Below, piece by piece: positions 31,982 through 32,000 of a stretch of 32,000 nucleotides of DNA. Every line of letters begins with the position of its first letter. The first letter of the stretch is position 1. The translations under genes and the position numbers were made by a program. The stretch comes from Candidatus Iainarchaeum sp. (lineage in GTDB: Archaea; Iainarchaeota; Iainarchaeia; Iainarchaeales; VGJJ01). The DNA lies in assembly GCA_030688545.1 (NCBI GenBank), contig JAUYHT010000001.1, positions 1 to 32,000 on the forward strand, in the 5' to 3' direction. The notes beneath the pieces were generated by a model that made no database searches, was not told where the DNA came from, and was given only the letters and a program-made list of their open reading frames with translations.

Positions 31982-32000
31982 ATGTCCGAATCCGATACGG
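31982..32000 (+). CDS. possible 5' end of a + strand gene that runs off the window
   Basis: ATG at 31982 is preceded by GGAGGT (31969-31974), and TATA-like ATATTTAAAC lies at 31921-31930. Only 6 codons are visible. Confidence 0.2.

Noticed and set aside
31744-31983. ORF 31744..31983 (-), immediately upstream of the KaiC-like gene
   Set aside because: Its composition is odd (W/K/T/G-rich with no recognisable domain). It spans what looks like the promoter and RBS region of a + strand gene that starts at 31982. It is probably spurious, though its tight spacing to the KaiC-like ATG leaves some doubt.

Overview
The window looks like an archaeal chromosomal fragment. Supporting evidence: transcription factor E, the archaeal SPOUT methyltransferase aTrm56, the wyosine radical-SAM enzyme Taw1/TYW1, an initiator-type tRNA-Met with an A1:U72 pair, and A/T-rich TATA-like boxes about 25 nt upstream of many ATGs, which suggests leaderless mRNAs. 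I cannot assign the lineage from sequence alone. Small packed genes and giant surface proteins would fit an uncultivated or DPANN-like archaeon, but that is a guess.

Contents:
- Housekeeping genes: taw1, tfe, trm56, class II lysS, and a KaiC-like ATPase.
- Four tRNA genes: iMet-CAU, Lys-UUU, Lys-CUU and Phe-GAA.
- An envelope/stress block: an SPFH/stomatin protein, Hsp20, a PspC-domain protein, and a MacB-type ABC system with a CARDB-like beta-sandwich partner and two tandem permease paralogs.
- An XerC/D-family tyrosine recombinase next to a low-GC module with dense palindromic operator-like repeats.
- Three very large exported proteins of 1243, 923 and 1740 aa, which take up more than a third of the window.

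Most unusual items:
1. A mirror-image pair of divergent operons at 11598-21328. Each has a giant exported protein with no anchor, followed within 0-1 nt by a paralogous ~270-285 aa partner that does have a membrane anchor.
2. A ~215 bp duplication that carries two tRNA-Lys isoacceptors differing only in the anticodon arm. Each copy is followed by a 3' fragment of the tRNA and a repeated hairpin module whose stems covary.
3. An array of five perfect GTAATTAC palindromes in front of a winged-helix-like gene, inside the low-GC module between the recombinase gene and tRNA-iMet.

No CRISPR array, rRNA gene, transposase or reverse transcriptase was seen. All functional calls come from motif recognition by eye; no database search was possible.
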